From assembly GCA_945950065.1 (NCBI GenBank), contig CAMFGQ010000001.1, forward strand, positions 1-42,330: 42,330 bases of DNA, read 5' to 3'. How positions within the stretch are numbered: the first letter of the stretch is position 1; every line of letters starts with the position of its first letter. This DNA is from an uncultured Clostridia bacterium (GTDB taxonomy: Bacteria > Bacillota > Clostridia > Peptostreptococcales > Acidaminobacteraceae). Shown here in pieces: positions 30,209 to 40,171 of this stretch. The notes below the pieces were generated by a model. The model worked only from the letters and a program-made list of their open reading frames with translations, was not told the origin of the DNA and searched no databases. Position numbers and translations under genes: made by a program.

Positions 30209-31162
30209 ATGATAGAAATTGAAAAACCTAACTTGACCTTTACAGAATTTAATGAGAAAGAAAACTTCCTTGTTCTTACTGTAGAGCCCTTAGAGCGCGG
30301 TTACGGACAGACATTAGGCAATAGCCTAAGAAGAATTATGCTTTCTTCACTGCCTGGCTGTGCGGTTAAATGGGTCAAGTTCGACGACATTCTTCATGAA
30401 TTCAGCACCATTGATGGTGTTAAAGAAGACGTTGTGGACATTATCCTGAATATCAAAGAGCTTGTAGCTGTTATCAATTCTGATGATGAAGAAAAGACCC
30501 TACGCATTGATCTTGACAAAGCTCAAGAAATCACTGCAGGTGATATCATCGCTGATGCCGATGTTGAGATTATCAATCCAGATTTGCATATTGCAACGCT
30601 ATCTGAGAACAAGCCTTTCTACATGGAAATGCGCCTGACAAAAGGCCGTGGCTATGTTTCTGCAGAAGAGAACAAGCAAGACCTAGAAGAAACCCTTCAT
30701 GTGATTGCAGTGGATTCCATCTTCTCACCAGTAAAGAGTGCAAACTTCCGTGTCGAGCCTACTCGTGTTGGTAAAAGTACCGATTACGATAAGTTGATTC
30801 AAGAAATTCGCACTGATGGTTCCATCAAACCGGAAGAAGCCATCAGCATGGCAGCTAAAGTCCTAAATGATCATTTAGCCCTCTATATTCAATTAACAGA
30901 AGATGTTGGATCCATGGAGATCCTCTATAAGCGAGAGATTGAAAAAAAAGAGAGAGTTCTTGAAATGGTCATTGAAGAACTTGAGCTCTCTAAACGAAGC
31001 AGTAATGCTTTAAAGAGAGCCGGTGTGAATACCATTGAAGAGCTAATGGATAAAACCGAAGAAGATCTGATGAAGTATCGTAATCTCGGTAAGAAGTCCC
31101 TTGCTGAAATCAAAGAGAAGCTTGAAGAAATTGGCATTTCTCTTAAAGAAAAAGAAGAATAG
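30209..31162 (+). CDS. rpoA: DNA-directed RNA polymerase alpha subunit
   Basis: 317 aa. NTD motif [20 protein letters not shown], and CTD motif [23 protein letters not shown]. Confidence 0.98.
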   Translation: MIEIEKPNLTFTEFNEKENFLVLTVEPLERGYGQTLGNSLRRIMLSSLPGCAVKWVKFDDILHEFSTIDGVKEDVVDIILNIKELVAVINSDDEEKTLRIDLDKAQEITAGDIIADADVEIINPDLHIATLSENKPFYMEMRLTKGRGYVSAEENKQDLEETLHVIAVDSIFSPVKSANFRVEPTRVGKSTDYDKLIQEIRTDGSIKPEEAISMAAKVLNDHLALYIQLTEDVGSMEILYKREIEKKERVLEMVIEELELSKRSSNALKRAGVNTIEELMDKTEEDLMKYRNLGKKSLAEIKEKLEEIGISLKEKEE

Positions 31163-31179
31163 AAGAAAGGAGACTGCCT

Positions 31180-31521
31180 ATGTCTGGTTACAGAAAGCTG
31201 GGTAGAAGCTCTGCGCATCGTCAAATGATGCTTCGCAACATGACTGCAGATCTTCTGCGTAACGGAAGTATTATTACCACTCATGCAAAAGCCAAAGAAA
31301 TCCAGCGCAGCGTAGAAAAGATGATTAGTCTTGGAAAACGCGGTGACCTCCATGCACAGCGTCAAGCCGTATCCTTTTTGATGGATAAGGGTGTTGTGAC
31401 GGAGCTCTTTCAAACTATTGCTCCAAAATACGAAGAGCGTAGTGGCGGATATACAAGAGTATACAAACTTGGTTACCGAAGAGGAGATGCTTCTCTTATG
31501 GCCAAGATTGAGCTGGTTTAA
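31180..31521 (+). CDS. rplQ: 50S ribosomal protein L17
   Basis: 113 aa. [16 protein letters not shown] motif. Confidence 0.97.
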   Translation: MSGYRKLGRSSAHRQMMLRNMTADLLRNGSIITTHAKAKEIQRSVEKMISLGKRGDLHAQRQAVSFLMDKGVVTELFQTIAPKYEERSGGYTRVYKLGYRRGDASLMAKIELV

Positions 31522-31545
31522 AAAGGGACATTGTCCCTTTTTCTT
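31521..31545 (+). terminator. Hairpin / partial terminator after rplQ
   Basis: AAAAGGGAC (31521-31529) / GTCCCTTTT (31533-31541), then TCTT. ecfA starts only 15 nt later, so read-through is likely. Confidence 0.5.
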
Positions 31546-31559
31546 GCTAGGAGAGAAAA

Positions 31560-32372
31560 ATGATCACCTGTAAGAACCTTAGCTTTTCCTACGATGAAGA
31601 GCAAGATCCTGCAATTGATGATGTGAGTTTCACCATAGAAAAAGGAAGCTTTGTCGCCGTTATTGGTCACAATGGTTCTGGTAAATCCACCTTAGCTAGG
31701 CTGATCAATGCCCTGTATCTGCCTAGTCAAGGTGATGTTTTGGTTGCTGGCATGAACACCAAAGATCCTGATAAACTCCTATCCATTCGAAAAACCGCAG
31801 GAATGGTTTTCCAAAATCCCGACAATCAACTGGTTGCAACCATCGTTGAAGAGGATATTGCTTTTGGCCCAGAGAATCTGGGAATTCCGCGAGAAGAGAT
31901 CGGAGAACGCATTGAGAAAGTCCTGTCCATTGTAGGCATGGAAGAGTATCGTCACAGACCTCCTCATATGCTCAGTGGTGGACAAAAGCAGCGGATTGCC
32001 ATTGCTGGAATTCTTGCCATGGAGCCGGAAATCATCATTTTTGATGAATCAACCTCCATGCTTGACCCCAGTGGACGTAAGGAAGTGTTAGAAACCATCA
32101 AGACCCTCCATGAAAAGGGCATCACCATTGTACTGATTACGCATTTTATGGAGGAAGTCCTCCAAGCAGAGCGTGTACTGGTTATGGAGCAGGGTAAACT
32201 TGTTTTAGACAATACACCAGCTGAAATCTTTACCCATATGGAGCTATTAAAGAGTTACGATCTGAAAGTACCAGAAATTATTGAACTTGCCATGGAACTA
32301 AAAAAAGCAGGTAGGGACATTGAATTTCCTGTGTTTACCGAAGAAGATTTAGTGAGGCAGCTATGTCCTTAA
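31560..32372 (+). CDS. ecfA: ECF transporter ATPase component A
   Basis: 270 aa. Walker A GHNGSGKST, signature LSGGQKQR, Walker B IIIFDE. Position after rplQ as in Bacilli/Clostridia. Confidence 0.93.
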   Translation: MITCKNLSFSYDEEQDPAIDDVSFTIEKGSFVAVIGHNGSGKSTLARLINALYLPSQGDVLVAGMNTKDPDKLLSIRKTAGMVFQNPDNQLVATIVEEDIAFGPENLGIPREEIGERIEKVLSIVGMEEYRHRPPHMLSGGQKQRIAIAGILAMEPEIIIFDESTSMLDPSGRKEVLETIKTLHEKGITIVLITHFMEEVLQAERVLVMEQGKLVLDNTPAEIFTHMELLKSYDLKVPEIIELAMELKKAGRDIEFPVFTEEDLVRQLCP

Positions 32373-33208
32373 TTCTTGAAAATGTATCCTATATCTACAG
32401 TCCCGATTCGCCCTATGAAACCAGGGCGCTAAATGACATTAGTTTTAGGATCGAAAAGGGAGAGGCCGTGGGTCTCATCGGACATACGGGTAGTGGTAAG
32501 TCCACGCTGTTACAGCTGATCAATGGACTGTTAAAGCCTGATGAAGGCTCCATTGAGATTGCTGGTTATACCATTACAAAGGACTCCAAGAATCTAACTG
32601 ATCTGCGCAAGGAAGTGGGGCTTGTGTTCCAGTATCCTGAGTACCAACTCTTTGAAGAAACCGTGGCCAAGGACATTGCCTTTGGACCCAAGAACCAAGG
32701 CCTCAGTGAAGAAGAGGTCAATCAGCGTGTGAAAGAGGCCATGGACCTTGTGGGGCTTGATGAGAGCTATTGTGAGAAATCACCCTTTGAACTCAGTGGT
32801 GGCGAAAAACGTCGTGCTGCTATAGCGGGTGTTCTAGCCATGAAGCCAAAAATTCTCATGTTGGATGAGCCTACTGCAGGACTGGATCCTGCTGGTCGCG
32901 AACAGCTCTTAAAGCAACTGATGAATCTTAAAGGCAATGATATGACCCTTATCTTTATCTCTCACTCCATGGAGGAAGTATCGAAGATTGCTGATCGCAT
33001 CCTTGTCTTATCTGCAGGGAAGCTTGTCTTGGATAAGCCTGTTGATCAGGCCTTTGAAGAAGAAGAGTTCCTAACCTCCGTTGGACTTGATCTTCCTGTA
33101 CTGGCACGCTTTTTTGCCCGTATGAGGGAAAAAGGTTGTGTCTATAAGAGCAATTACTTTAGGCTTGAGGATGCACTTAAAGTACTGTTGGAGGGTGAGG
33201 ATGCTTAA
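32363..33208 (+). CDS. ecfA2: ECF transporter ATPase component A'
   Basis: 281 aa. Motifs GHTGSGKST, LSGGEKRR and ILMLDEP. 10-nt overlap with ecfA. Confidence 0.93.
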   Translation: MSLILENVSYIYSPDSPYETRALNDISFRIEKGEAVGLIGHTGSGKSTLLQLINGLLKPDEGSIEIAGYTITKDSKNLTDLRKEVGLVFQYPEYQLFEETVAKDIAFGPKNQGLSEEEVNQRVKEAMDLVGLDESYCEKSPFELSGGEKRRAAIAGVLAMKPKILMLDEPTAGLDPAGREQLLKQLMNLKGNDMTLIFISHSMEEVSKIADRILVLSAGKLVLDKPVDQAFEEEEFLTSVGLDLPVLARFFARMREKGCVYKSNYFRLEDALKVLLEGEDA

Positions 33209-34004
33209 AGACATGACTTTGGGACAATATTATCCCATTGATTCTCCAATCCATCGCCTGGACCCAAGAACAAAGTTCTTGATGACCTTTATGTATATTG
33301 TGCTGATTTTTCTCTTTAAGGAGTTCTATCAATATGGTCTACTGCTTTTGGGTCTTGGGATTGTGGTATGGCTATCCAAGGTGCCTCAGCGCTTTATTCT
33401 GCGAGGGATTAAACCCATTCTCTTTATACTGATTTTTGCCTTTGTGATGAATCTCTTTCTTACCCCGGGTGAAGTGATTTGGAGTTTCTGGAAGCTATCC
33501 ATTACACGAGAAGGTTTGCGTCTAGCACTTCTGATGATGTTTCGGCTCTTTCTCCTGATTATGGGAAGTTCTCTCATGACCCTGACAACAAGTCCGATTG
33601 AATTAACCTATGCCATGGAAGTCCTCTTTACTCCTTTAAAAAGACTTGGCTTTCCTGTTCATGAGATGTCCATGATGATGGGAATTGCGTTGCGCTTTAT
33701 CCCGACATTAACAAAAGAAACCGACAAAATCATGAAGGCGCAGATGGCAAGAGGGGCTGACTTTGAGAGTGGGAATCTCCTCTCAAGAGCCAGAGCCTTG
33801 GTACCCATCCTTGTTCCTCTCTTTTTATCTTCCATTCTCCGTGCAAGGGAACTTGCCGATGCCATGGAAGCCCGTTGTTATCATGGTGGGGAAGGGAGAA
33901 CCCGTTATCGTGAACTATGCTATGAGAAAAGAGATGCCTTTGCTATGGTGATCTTTCTAGTCTTCTTTGGGGGAATCCTGTGGCTACCACGAATTATTGC
34001 TTAA
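33201..34004 (+). CDS. ecfT: ECF transporter transmembrane component T
   Basis: The track start 33138 lies deep inside ecfA2. The ATG at 33201, after a GGAGGGTGAGG SD (ATGCTTAA overlap), gives 267 aa. The protein is multi-TM, with an MLKDMTLGQYYPIDSPIHRLDPRTK N-terminus. Confidence 0.9.
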   Translation: MLKDMTLGQYYPIDSPIHRLDPRTKFLMTFMYIVLIFLFKEFYQYGLLLLGLGIVVWLSKVPQRFILRGIKPILFILIFAFVMNLFLTPGEVIWSFWKLSITREGLRLALLMMFRLFLLIMGSSLMTLTTSPIELTYAMEVLFTPLKRLGFPVHEMSMMMGIALRFIPTLTKETDKIMKAQMARGADFESGNLLSRARALVPILVPLFLSSILRARELADAMEARCYHGGEGRTRYRELCYEKRDAFAMVIFLVFFGGILWLPRIIA

Positions 34005-34771
34005 GGCTGGCCTATGATGGTAGAAACTTCTGTGGATACCAGATTCAAACCGAGGAAAGAACTGTACAGGGAGAAATGGAAACAGTCCTTTCCCTGTTGT
34101 TTAAGGAAGAAATACGGATCCATGCATCGGGGCGAACCGATACAGGTGTTCATGCCCTAGGCCAGGTTGTGAGCTTTAAGGCAGAGCCACTTCTTCAGGA
34201 AGAGCGTCTCCTCTATGCACTGAATCGTTTACTACCAGAAGACATTCAGGTACTGGAGGTAAAGCAGGTAGAAGACGAGTTTCATCCCCGCTATGATGCT
34301 CTGGCAAAAGTCTATCGCTATCGCTTTACGCGAAAAAAGGATGTCTTTCTACGACCTTATAGACTATATCTAGAGAAAGAGATTGATCTTGCTAAGATCA
34401 AGCAAGCTGCTGGTCTTCTCGAAGGAAAAAAAGACTTCTTTAACTTCTCCAATCGTCGAAAAGAAGAGGGGAGTACCCTTCGCCAGATCTATCGCATAGC
34501 TATAGAGAAAACTGAGGATGGGTTTGACTTGGTCTTTGTTGGAGATGGCTTTCTCTACAAAATGGTGCGGATTATGGTCGCCTATCTTCTTGAAGTAGGT
34601 TATGGCAGAATCAGTCCTGAGATGACCCAAGGAATTTTGGAAGAGAGAGATCGTCGCTATACAAGAAAAGTTGCTCCTGCACAGGGGCTTTACCTAGAAA
34701 AAGTCTTTTATGATGAAGAGGAAAGAACTGCTTATCTCACTGCACTCAAAAACAGTGAAATAAACCTTTAA
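33980..34771 (+). CDS. truA: tRNA pseudouridine(38-40) synthase
   Basis: 263 aa with a GTG start that overlaps ecfT by 25 nt. Catalytic motif GRTDTGVHALGQV. The start codon choice is less certain. Confidence 0.92.
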   Translation: MATTNYCLRLAYDGRNFCGYQIQTEERTVQGEMETVLSLLFKEEIRIHASGRTDTGVHALGQVVSFKAEPLLQEERLLYALNRLLPEDIQVLEVKQVEDEFHPRYDALAKVYRYRFTRKKDVFLRPYRLYLEKEIDLAKIKQAAGLLEGKKDFFNFSNRRKEEGSTLRQIYRIAIEKTEDGFDLVFVGDGFLYKMVRIMVAYLLEVGYGRISPEMTQGILEERDRRYTRKVAPAQGLYLEKVFYDEEERTAYLTALKNSEINL

Positions 34772-34797
34772 AATAAAGGGAAATCCCTTGACATGCC

Positions 34798-34826
34798 TGT
34801 AGTGCTCCTATAGAATAGTCATGGTA
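34798..34826 (+). promoter_or_regulatory. Candidate sigma-A promoter of rplM-rpsI
   Basis: TTGACA (34798-34803), 17-nt spacer, TAGAAT (34821-34826). Confidence 0.7.
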
Positions 34827-34866
34827 ATCAATTTTCCCTGCCCCCACAAAATAGGGAGGATATTCT

Positions 34867-35295
34867 ATGAAAACATTTGTAGCAAAGCCAGCAGAAGTTG
34901 AACGTAAATGGTACGTGGTCGACGCTGAAGGCAAAACATTAGGAAGATTGGCATCTGAACTTGCCAGAATTCTTCGCGGTAAACACAAACCCATCTATAC
35001 ACCTCATGTTGATACCGGTGACTACGTGATCGTTATTAACGCTGAGAAGGTGCATGTAACCGGGAATAAACGTCAAGACAAAATGTACAGATGGCATACA
35101 GGCTATATGGGTGGATTAAAAGAAAGAAACTTCCAGGAAATGATCACCCGTCAACCTGAAAAAGTCATCATGCGTGCTGTGAAAGGTATGCTACCTCACA
35201 ATTCATTGGGAAGACAAATGCTGACAAAACTTCGTGTTTTTGCTGGCCCTGATCATCCCCATGCAGCACAACAACCCGAAGCACTGGATCTATAG
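34867..35295 (+). CDS. rplM: 50S ribosomal protein L13
   Basis: 142 aa. [17 protein letters not shown] motif. Confidence 0.97.
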   Translation: MKTFVAKPAEVERKWYVVDAEGKTLGRLASELARILRGKHKPIYTPHVDTGDYVIVINAEKVHVTGNKRQDKMYRWHTGYMGGLKERNFQEMITRQPEKVIMRAVKGMLPHNSLGRQMLTKLRVFAGPDHPHAAQQPEALDL

Positions 35296-35303
35296 GAGGA
35301 AAG

Positions 35304-35693
35304 ATGGCTAATCAATTTCAAGGAACAGGTAGAAGAAAAAAATCTGTTGCCCGTGTACGTCTTGTTCCGGGAACAGGTGAAATCGTTGTAAACAAGCGTC
35401 CTGTAGATGAGTACTTTAATCTTGAAATTCAAATTCAAGAAATTAAAAGACCATTAGAGATTACAGGTAATCTTGGAGCATTTGATGTTTTTGTCAATGT
35501 ACATGGTGGTGGCTTTACTGGTCAAACCGGTGCAATCCGTCATGGCATCAGCCGTGCACTTGTGAAAGCAAGTGAAGACAATAAAGCAAAACTGAAGAGT
35601 GCAGGATATTTGACAAGAGATCCTCGTATGAAGGAACGTAAAAAATACGGCTTCAAAAAAGCGAGAAAATCTCCACAATTCTCCAAGCGTTAA
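35304..35693 (+). CDS. rpsI: 30S ribosomal protein S9
   Basis: 129 aa. [14 protein letters not shown] motif, and a C-terminal ...[12 protein letters not shown]. Confidence 0.97.
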   Translation: MANQFQGTGRRKKSVARVRLVPGTGEIVVNKRPVDEYFNLEIQIQEIKRPLEITGNLGAFDVFVNVHGGGFTGQTGAIRHGISRALVKASEDNKAKLKSAGYLTRDPRMKERKKYGFKKARKSPQFSKR

Positions 35694-35694
35694 G

Positions 35695-35719
35695 AGGCTC
35701 CCCTCAAGGGGCCTTTTTT
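35695..35719 (+). terminator. Rho-independent terminator after rpsI
   Basis: AGGC(T)CCC / GGGGCCT stem with one bulge, followed by a T6 run (35714-35719). Confidence 0.75.
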
Positions 35720-35720
35720 A

Positions 35721-35749
35721 TTGACAAGAAATAGGCGAAGGTCTAGAAT
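35721..35749 (+). promoter_or_regulatory. Candidate sigma-A promoter of the AtoE-family transporter gene
   Basis: TTGACA (35721-35726), 17-nt spacer, TAGAAT (35744-35749). Confidence 0.65.
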
Positions 35750-35753
35750 AAAG

Positions 35754-35826
35754 ATGTAATTACATGAGACATATATGTTCTTTCATTCTCGCCAATAGGG
35801 AATCATCCCTTGAAATGAGTTTTTTT
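35754..35826 (+). promoter_or_regulatory. Operator-like palindromes plus a terminator-like hairpin in the atoE leader
   Basis: Perfect 12-bp palindrome ATGTAATTACAT (35754-35765) and 10-bp palindrome ACATATATGT (35769-35778). An interrupted hairpin follows (TCATT/AATGA and AGGGA/TCCCT, 35783-35819), then a T7 run (35820-35826). Confidence 0.35.
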
Positions 35827-35887
35827 GGATGGATCTCAAGAGGAAAGGATGTAGAAACAAAACATGTAGATTTCAAAGGAGGGAAAC

Positions 35888-37243
35888 ATGTTTAAACGAC
35901 TTACGAACGCTAGTGTTCGTATGGTAGAGCGCCTACTGCCAGACGCATTTATTTTTTGTGTGGTGCTGACAATAGTAGCCTTTTTTCTTGCCATGATTGC
36001 AACAGGTCAAGGACCTCTAGCCATGGTACTTCACTGGGGTAATGGTGTATGGGGGCTCTTAGCCTTCTCCATGCAGATGGCTTTGGTTCTTGTATTAGGT
36101 AATGCCTTTGCGACATCACGACCCATTAAAAACTTCTTGAAGAACATTGCTAAACTTGCTAAAACACCACTTCAAGCCATTATGATTGTTACCTTTGTTT
36201 CCGGTATTGCATGCTGGATTAACTGGGGATTTGGTCTGATTGTTGGAGCGCTTTTAGCAAAAGAACTTGCACGAACCGTTAAGGGCGTTGACTATCGCCT
36301 ACTGATCGCCGCTGCCTACTCTGGCTTTGTCGTGTGGCATAACGGAATCAGTGGTTCCATTCCTCTTCAAGTAGCTTCTGACTTAGAACAACTGACAACC
36401 TTCTCCCAAGGACAAATTACTGAACTTATTCCGGTTTCAAAAACACTATTCTCACCTTGGAACTTAGCTGTGGTATGGATTATCATTCTGACTCTTCCCT
36501 TTGTTAACCGTGCTATGCACCCTGACAAAGATAAGGTTGTTACGGTTGATCCTAAGGCACTGGTTGAACCTGAAGAAATTGTTTATGTCAAAACCAAAGA
36601 CACAACCCTTGCTGAAAAACAAGAGAATTCCATCTTGCTTTCTGGTTTTATTGTCGTCATAGGTGTAGTTTATCTGGGTTATCATTTTTACACAAATGGA
36701 TTTGGAAACCTAAGCTTGAACATTGTTAACCTTATTTTCCTTATTCTTGGTATTGCTTTCCATAAAACCCCTATCAACTACGTTCGTGCCATTAATGATG
36801 CTGTACGTGGAGCTGGTGGCGTTATCCTTCAGTTCCCCTTCTATGCAGGAATCATGGGTATGATGACTGGTGCCAATGCTGAAGGTGTTACCTTAGCTGG
36901 TGTGATTTCCCAAGGTTTTGTTAGCATCTCCACCCAGAGAACCTTCCCACTCTTTACATTCTGGAGTGCAGGAATTGTAAACTTCTTCGTTCCATCTGGT
37001 GGGGGACAATGGGCGGTGCAAGGGCCTATCATGATGCCTGCATCTGTAGCTCTAGGTGTTGATCCTGCAAAAACCGCTGTAGCCATTGCTTGGGGTGATG
37101 CTTGGACCAACATGATTCAACCCTTCTGGGCACTTCCAGCTCTAGGGGTTGCAGGACTAGGAGCTAAGGACATTATGGGATACTGTCTCATGGTGTTGCT
37201 CTATACGGGGATTATTATCTCCCTTGGATTACTCATTATTTAA
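35888..37243 (+). CDS. atoE: Short-chain fatty acid transporter, AtoE family
   Basis: 451 aa, polytopic membrane protein with an AAAGGAGGG SD. Its length and the blocks (LPDAFIF, WGNG.W, FPFYAGIMGMM, WGDAWTNMIQPFWALP) match my recollection of AtoE/TC 2.A.73 proteins. Confidence 0.78.
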   Translation: MFKRLTNASVRMVERLLPDAFIFCVVLTIVAFFLAMIATGQGPLAMVLHWGNGVWGLLAFSMQMALVLVLGNAFATSRPIKNFLKNIAKLAKTPLQAIMIVTFVSGIACWINWGFGLIVGALLAKELARTVKGVDYRLLIAAAYSGFVVWHNGISGSIPLQVASDLEQLTTFSQGQITELIPVSKTLFSPWNLAVVWIIILTLPFVNRAMHPDKDKVVTVDPKALVEPEEIVYVKTKDTTLAEKQENSILLSGFIVVIGVVYLGYHFYTNGFGNLSLNIVNLIFLILGIAFHKTPINYVRAINDAVRGAGGVILQFPFYAGIMGMMTGANAEGVTLAGVISQGFVSISTQRTFPLFTFWSAGIVNFFVPSGGGQWAVQGPIMMPASVALGVDPAKTAVAIAWGDAWTNMIQPFWALPALGVAGLGAKDIMGYCLMVLLYTGIIISLGLLII

Positions 37244-37272
37244 CTTGCTTTACAAGCTTATCTCATGTAATG

Positions 37273-37304
37273 AAAAAAGACCGATGCATCTGCGTCGGTC
37301 TTTT
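37273..37304. terminator. Bidirectional intrinsic terminator shared by convergent atoE and nhaC
   Basis: 10-bp stem AGACCGATGC (37278-37287) / GCGTCGGTCT (37292-37301), with an A6 run upstream and a T4 run downstream. Confidence 0.8.
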
Positions 37305-37315
37305 ACCATTTAGGA

Positions 37316-38737
37316 CTAGAGGTTGGAGTCAATAATGGTCCCTGGATCATCCTTTGCCAGGGCAACGGTGATACCAGGAAGTGCTAGAAGAATGGCGGCA
37401 AGTGGCATAAGGTAATTGAAGATGGCAAATTTAAAGTATGCGCCAACCGACACCCCTAAGGTGGTGGACATAAACACTCCGCAGGTATTCCAAGGAATCA
37501 GAGCAGAGGTAACCGTACCAGCACTTTCCAGTGCATTGGAGAGCATTTTGGGGTGGAAACCCTTCTCTTTGTATGCTGGTGCAAACATTCTTCCGGGAAC
37601 AACAATGGCAATGTACTGTTCTGGCATGGTGGAGTTACTGAGGATACAGGTAAAGACAGTGGCTGTAATCAGTCCAGCAGCTCCTTTTACAAAGCGTAGG
37701 ATAACCTTTACGATGGCTTCCAGCTGACCCGTTTCTTCCATGATTCCACCAAACATCATGGCCAGGATGGTGAGAGAGATGGAAAACATCATGTTTTCTA
37801 ATCCACCTGCAGTGAGCAGTTCATCTATTTCGACAATTCCTGTTGCACTTTCAAAGCCTGAGTAAGCAGCGTTTAGAATCTGTCCTAAATCTACTCCTTG
37901 AATTAAAAACGCCTCTACCACGCCAAGGATGATACCGATGGTAATTCCTGGGATGGCAGGTACTTTTAATGCAATGGAGAGGATAACTGCGAGTGGAGGG
38001 AGTAGAAGTAGGGGAGAGATTTTGATGTTACTGGAGAGTCCATCACGGATTGTGTTGATGGCTGACAGATCTGCGCCTGCTTGACCATATTTGAATCCGA
38101 GGAAAAGGAAAAACCCTAGGGTGATGATGTAAACGACTATGGTGCTCTTGAGCATAAACTTCACATGAGTAAATACGTCTGTTCCAGCAACGGCTGGTGC
38201 CAGGTTTGTGGTGTCAGAAAGGGGAGAGAGTTTGTCTCCAAAATAAGCGCCTGAGATGATTGCTCCAGCAGCCATAGGAAGAGGTATACCAAGACCCGCT
38301 GCGATTCCCATCAGTGCAATACCGATGGTACCCACTGTTCCCCAACTTGTGCCGGTGGCAAGGGAAGTAATGGAGGCGATGATCACCGATGCAACTAAGA
38401 AAATGCTTGGACGAAGAATTCCAAGTCCATAGTAAATCATACTGGGGACCACACCTGCTAGAATCCACACGCCAATGAGCACCCCTATAATAGCTAGGAT
38501 AATAATTGCTTGTAGAGCTTGATAGATACCATGGAACATGGATTTTTCAATTCTGTCCCAAGAGTAACCAATCTTCAGAGCCATGATGGCGGCGAAGATG
38601 GTTCCCACGAGCATTGGGATATGGGGATCCACTTCGTATTTAGCGATACCAATTGCCATCACTGCGATTAAAAAGCCAAAAGAAATAATTGCTTCCCATA
38701 AATATGCTTTTCTTGGTTGTGATTGTTGTTCGTTCAT
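37316..38737 (-). CDS. nhaC: Na+/H+ antiporter, NhaC family
   Basis: The track start (TTG at 38749) lies in the GGGAGGA SD. The ATG at 38737 gives 473 aa starting MNEQQSQPRKAYLWEAI. It is a polytopic protein with NhaC-like blocks (SWGTVGTIGIALMGIA, GAYFGDKLSPLSDTTNLA). Confidence 0.85.
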   Translation of the reverse strand: MNEQQSQPRKAYLWEAIISFGFLIAVMAIGIAKYEVDPHIPMLVGTIFAAIMALKIGYSWDRIEKSMFHGIYQALQAIIILAIIGVLIGVWILAGVVPSMIYYGLGILRPSIFLVASVIIASITSLATGTSWGTVGTIGIALMGIAAGLGIPLPMAAGAIISGAYFGDKLSPLSDTTNLAPAVAGTDVFTHVKFMLKSTIVVYIITLGFFLFLGFKYGQAGADLSAINTIRDGLSSNIKISPLLLLPPLAVILSIALKVPAIPGITIGIILGVVEAFLIQGVDLGQILNAAYSGFESATGIVEIDELLTAGGLENMMFSISLTILAMMFGGIMEETGQLEAIVKVILRFVKGAAGLITATVFTCILSNSTMPEQYIAIVVPGRMFAPAYKEKGFHPKMLSNALESAGTVTSALIPWNTCGVFMSTTLGVSVGAYFKFAIFNYLMPLAAILLALPGITVALAKDDPGTIIDSNL

Positions 38738-38778
38738 TTTTCCTCCCAAATAATTAAGATGTTAAGACGACGAAACCT

Positions 38779-38787
38779 TTACCTCCT
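38779..38787. repeat. Left copy of the 9-bp target-site duplication TTACCTCCT
   Basis: Identical 9-mer at 40198-40206, directly abutting both ends of the IS. Confidence 0.85.
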
Positions 38788-38814
38788 GATAGAGCCCATA
38801 TAATGGTGTAAATT
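38788..38814. repeat. IS left inverted repeat
   Basis: GATAGAGCCCATATAATGGTGTAAATT. It pairs with the reverse complement of 40172-40197, sharing the core GGTGTAAATT plus flanking matches with one indel. Confidence 0.8.
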
Positions 38815-38906
38815 GAGAAATGGTCATTCGGTAGACAAAGGTGAACCATTTACCCCTTTCGTGTAAGATAGTGTTAACCAAAACATTCATCTATATGGAG
38901 GGGAAA

Positions 38907-40121
38907 ATGGCTCAACTCAATTTTACACTAGACTCTGAAGTCGTCAAAGGTTTATTTCTTGGTCAAGCCCCAGAAGTGATGGTGCCATTGTTAGAAGCCA
39001 TCTTAAATCAATTTTTGCAAGCGATGCTCACGGAAACCATTGGAGCCGGTAAATATGAGCGAAACGACGAACGCCAAGCCTATCGCAATGGTTCGCGCGA
39101 GCGAACGCTCAACACGCGGATCGGCACGATTACACTGGATGTCCCTCGCTTGCGAAACGGCGAATTCTCTCATAAGTTGTTTCATCACTATCAGCGTTCC
39201 GAACAAGCGCTACTCTTGGCCATGATGGAGATGGTGCTACAGGGTGTCTCGACAAGAAAAGTCACTCAAATTACTGAGCAGCTTTGCGGCACCAGCTTTA
39301 GTAAATCAACGGTTTCTATGCTCTGCAAAGGGTTGGATGACGCGGTTGAGATCTTCCGGAATCGACCCCTCCCAAAGCAGTACCCCTTCATCATGGTTGA
39401 TGCGATGTACCTCAAAGTCCGTGAAGATGGCCGTGTCCAAAGCAAAGCCTTGATGATTGCCATCGGCGTGAATGAAGAAGGCTATCGCGAAGTCTTAGGA
39501 TTTGACCTTTGGGATAGCGAAACCGAAATCGGCTGGAAGCTCTTTTTTGAGAGTTTGGCCGCACGTGGGCTACGCCAGGTCCAGTACGCCATCAGTGACA
39601 GCCATAAGGGGTTAGTGAGCGCCTTACATCAAGTCTTTATAGGCTCCACTTGGCAGCGCTGTCAGGTGCACTTCATGCGTAACATCATGGAGGTCTGTCC
39701 GTCAAAACAAAAACCCCAGCTGAAAGAGGATTTGCGAGAACTTTGGGCCAGCAAGGATCAGAAGACCGCAAGAGAGCACTTACATCGCATCTTAGAGACT
39801 TACAGCGACCAAGCACCCAAGTCGATGAGAACGCTCGAAGAAGGATTTGACGATGCAACGGCGGTCTTAAACCTGCCGTCCAAATATCGTCGACGGCTTC
39901 GAACCACCAATGCCTTGGAGCGACTGAATCAAGAGCTCCGGCGGCGCGAACGAGTGATCCGCATCTTTCCCAACCAAGAGTCCGTGATTCGCCTCCTTGG
40001 AGCACTACTTTGCGAACAGAGTGAGCATTGGCAAAGCAGCCGTAAATGGTTAGACATGACAGAATACCTTCAGCAGGAAGCATCGCTCGAACAGCTGGAT
40101 GAAGTCAGAAAAGCTGCTTGA
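38907..40121 (+). CDS. tnp: IS256-family (Mutator-type) DDE transposase
   Basis: The track start 38841 is upstream. The ATG at 38907, after a GGAGGGG SD, gives 404 aa. Motifs: YERNDERQAYRNGSRERTLNTRIGTITLDVPRLRNG, VDAMYLKVRE, SDSHKGL, WQRCQVHFMRN, TTNALERLNQELRRRERVIRIFPN. Confidence 0.95.
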   Translation: MAQLNFTLDSEVVKGLFLGQAPEVMVPLLEAILNQFLQAMLTETIGAGKYERNDERQAYRNGSRERTLNTRIGTITLDVPRLRNGEFSHKLFHHYQRSEQALLLAMMEMVLQGVSTRKVTQITEQLCGTSFSKSTVSMLCKGLDDAVEIFRNRPLPKQYPFIMVDAMYLKVREDGRVQSKALMIAIGVNEEGYREVLGFDLWDSETEIGWKLFFESLAARGLRQVQYAISDSHKGLVSALHQVFIGSTWQRCQVHFMRNIMEVCPSKQKPQLKEDLRELWASKDQKTAREHLHRILETYSDQAPKSMRTLEEGFDDATAVLNLPSKYRRRLRTTNALERLNQELRRRERVIRIFPNQESVIRLLGALLCEQSEHWQSSRKWLDMTEYLQQEASLEQLDEVRKAA

Positions 40122-40171
40122 TGTGCGCTTACTGTAACAGTTAGCATCACTGTCTTACATGAGCTGAATGG

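Noticed and set aside
30925-31413. 162-aa ORF antisense to rpoA/rplQ
   Set aside because: This is a shadow ORF that spans two sense genes and their intergenic SD. It has no start context and a Ser/Leu-rich translation with no recognisable domain.
35848-35875. Direct repeat of ATGTAGA in the distal atoE leader, and TGTAGA upstream of the BlaI-family gene, considered as a shared motif
   Set aside because: A 6-7-mer recurs by chance about 10-20 times in this amount of sequence. The spacing (15 nt) also differs from the 10-bp phased repeats reported as findings.
39685-40083. 132-aa ORF antisense to the IS256-family transposase
   Set aside because: GC-rich sequence naturally yields long stop-free antisense frames. 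It has no SD, and IS256-family elements encode a single transposase.
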